A stretch of DNA of 12,346 nucleotides, taken from NCBI GenBank assembly GCA_040755715.1, contig JBFLXN010000014.1, positions 1 to 12,346 on the forward strand. The letters are read 5' to 3'. This document shows, piece by piece, positions 12,177 through 12,346 of the stretch. Source of the DNA: Candidatus Edwardsbacteria bacterium (GTDB lineage: Bacteria; Edwardsbacteria; AC1; JBFLXN01). Positions within the stretch are counted from its first letter, which is position 1. The number at the start of each line of letters is the position of its first letter. The notes under the pieces are model-generated. The model saw nothing but the letters and a program-made list of their open reading frames with translations. It had not been told where the DNA came from and made no database searches. The position numbers and the translations under genes were made by a program.

Positions 12177-12346
12177 TAACTTTCTCCTTCAAGTACAATT
12201 ACTAATTCTACAAAGTTACATGGAGGTACAGGTCCAACGTATTTGAACTTTATCCTTCCATCATAAATTGTGCTTAGTCTATCTACTAATCTATCAAATT
12301 CTTCCACCCGGGGCTTTTCTACCAAGAAAGCTAAGTTTGTTATCAT
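12158..12346 (-). CDS. gas vesicle protein GvpF/GvpL family, C-terminal 62 codons (gene starts beyond the right edge)
   Basis: LAFLVEKPRVEEFDRLVDRL...IKFKYVGPVPPCNF parallels the FTGPWPPYSF end of the other GvpF/L gene. The last codons (YEPRPS) and the stop lie inside inserted repeat sequence. Confidence 0.82.
   Translation of the reverse strand: MITNLAFLVEKPRVEEFDRLVDRLSTIYDGRIKFKYVGPVPPCNFVELVIVLEGESYEPRPS

Overview
The window holds about 20 co-directional minus-strand genes, tightly packed with many start/stop overlaps (TAATG, TGATG, ATGA, GTGA). It appears to be one long operon that runs off both window edges. By motif reading it is an atypical gas-vesicle (gvp) cluster. It encodes two GvpF/L paralogs, two GvpG-like proteins, GvpO, GvpK and two GvpA/J/M-family proteins. 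No short canonical GvpA, GvpC or GvpN lies within the window. Mixed in with these genes is a chaperone and targeting set: an Hsp70/DnaK paralog, a J-domain-less protein with six DnaJ-type CxxCxGxG repeats, two alpha-crystallin (Hsp20) proteins and a tandem-fused ArsA/Get3-type ATPase. There are also two putative regulators (wHTH plus zinc ribbon; tandem AbrB/MraZ-like) and several zinc-ribbon modules. Two domain fusions stand out. One is a GvpM/J-like domain joined to two PH/GRAM-like domains and a zinc ribbon. The other is a PH/GRAM-like domain joined to an Hsp20 domain. A separate point of interest is a tiny GC-rich element with inverted-repeat ends that encodes a GIY-YIG nuclease. It sits exactly on the gvpG start codon, with a degenerate tandem copy beside it. 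A 26-bp palindromic derivative of it is inserted in frame inside the GvpM-like fusion gene. All calls come from reading motifs by eye, with no database search, so family assignments are inferences of varying strength.
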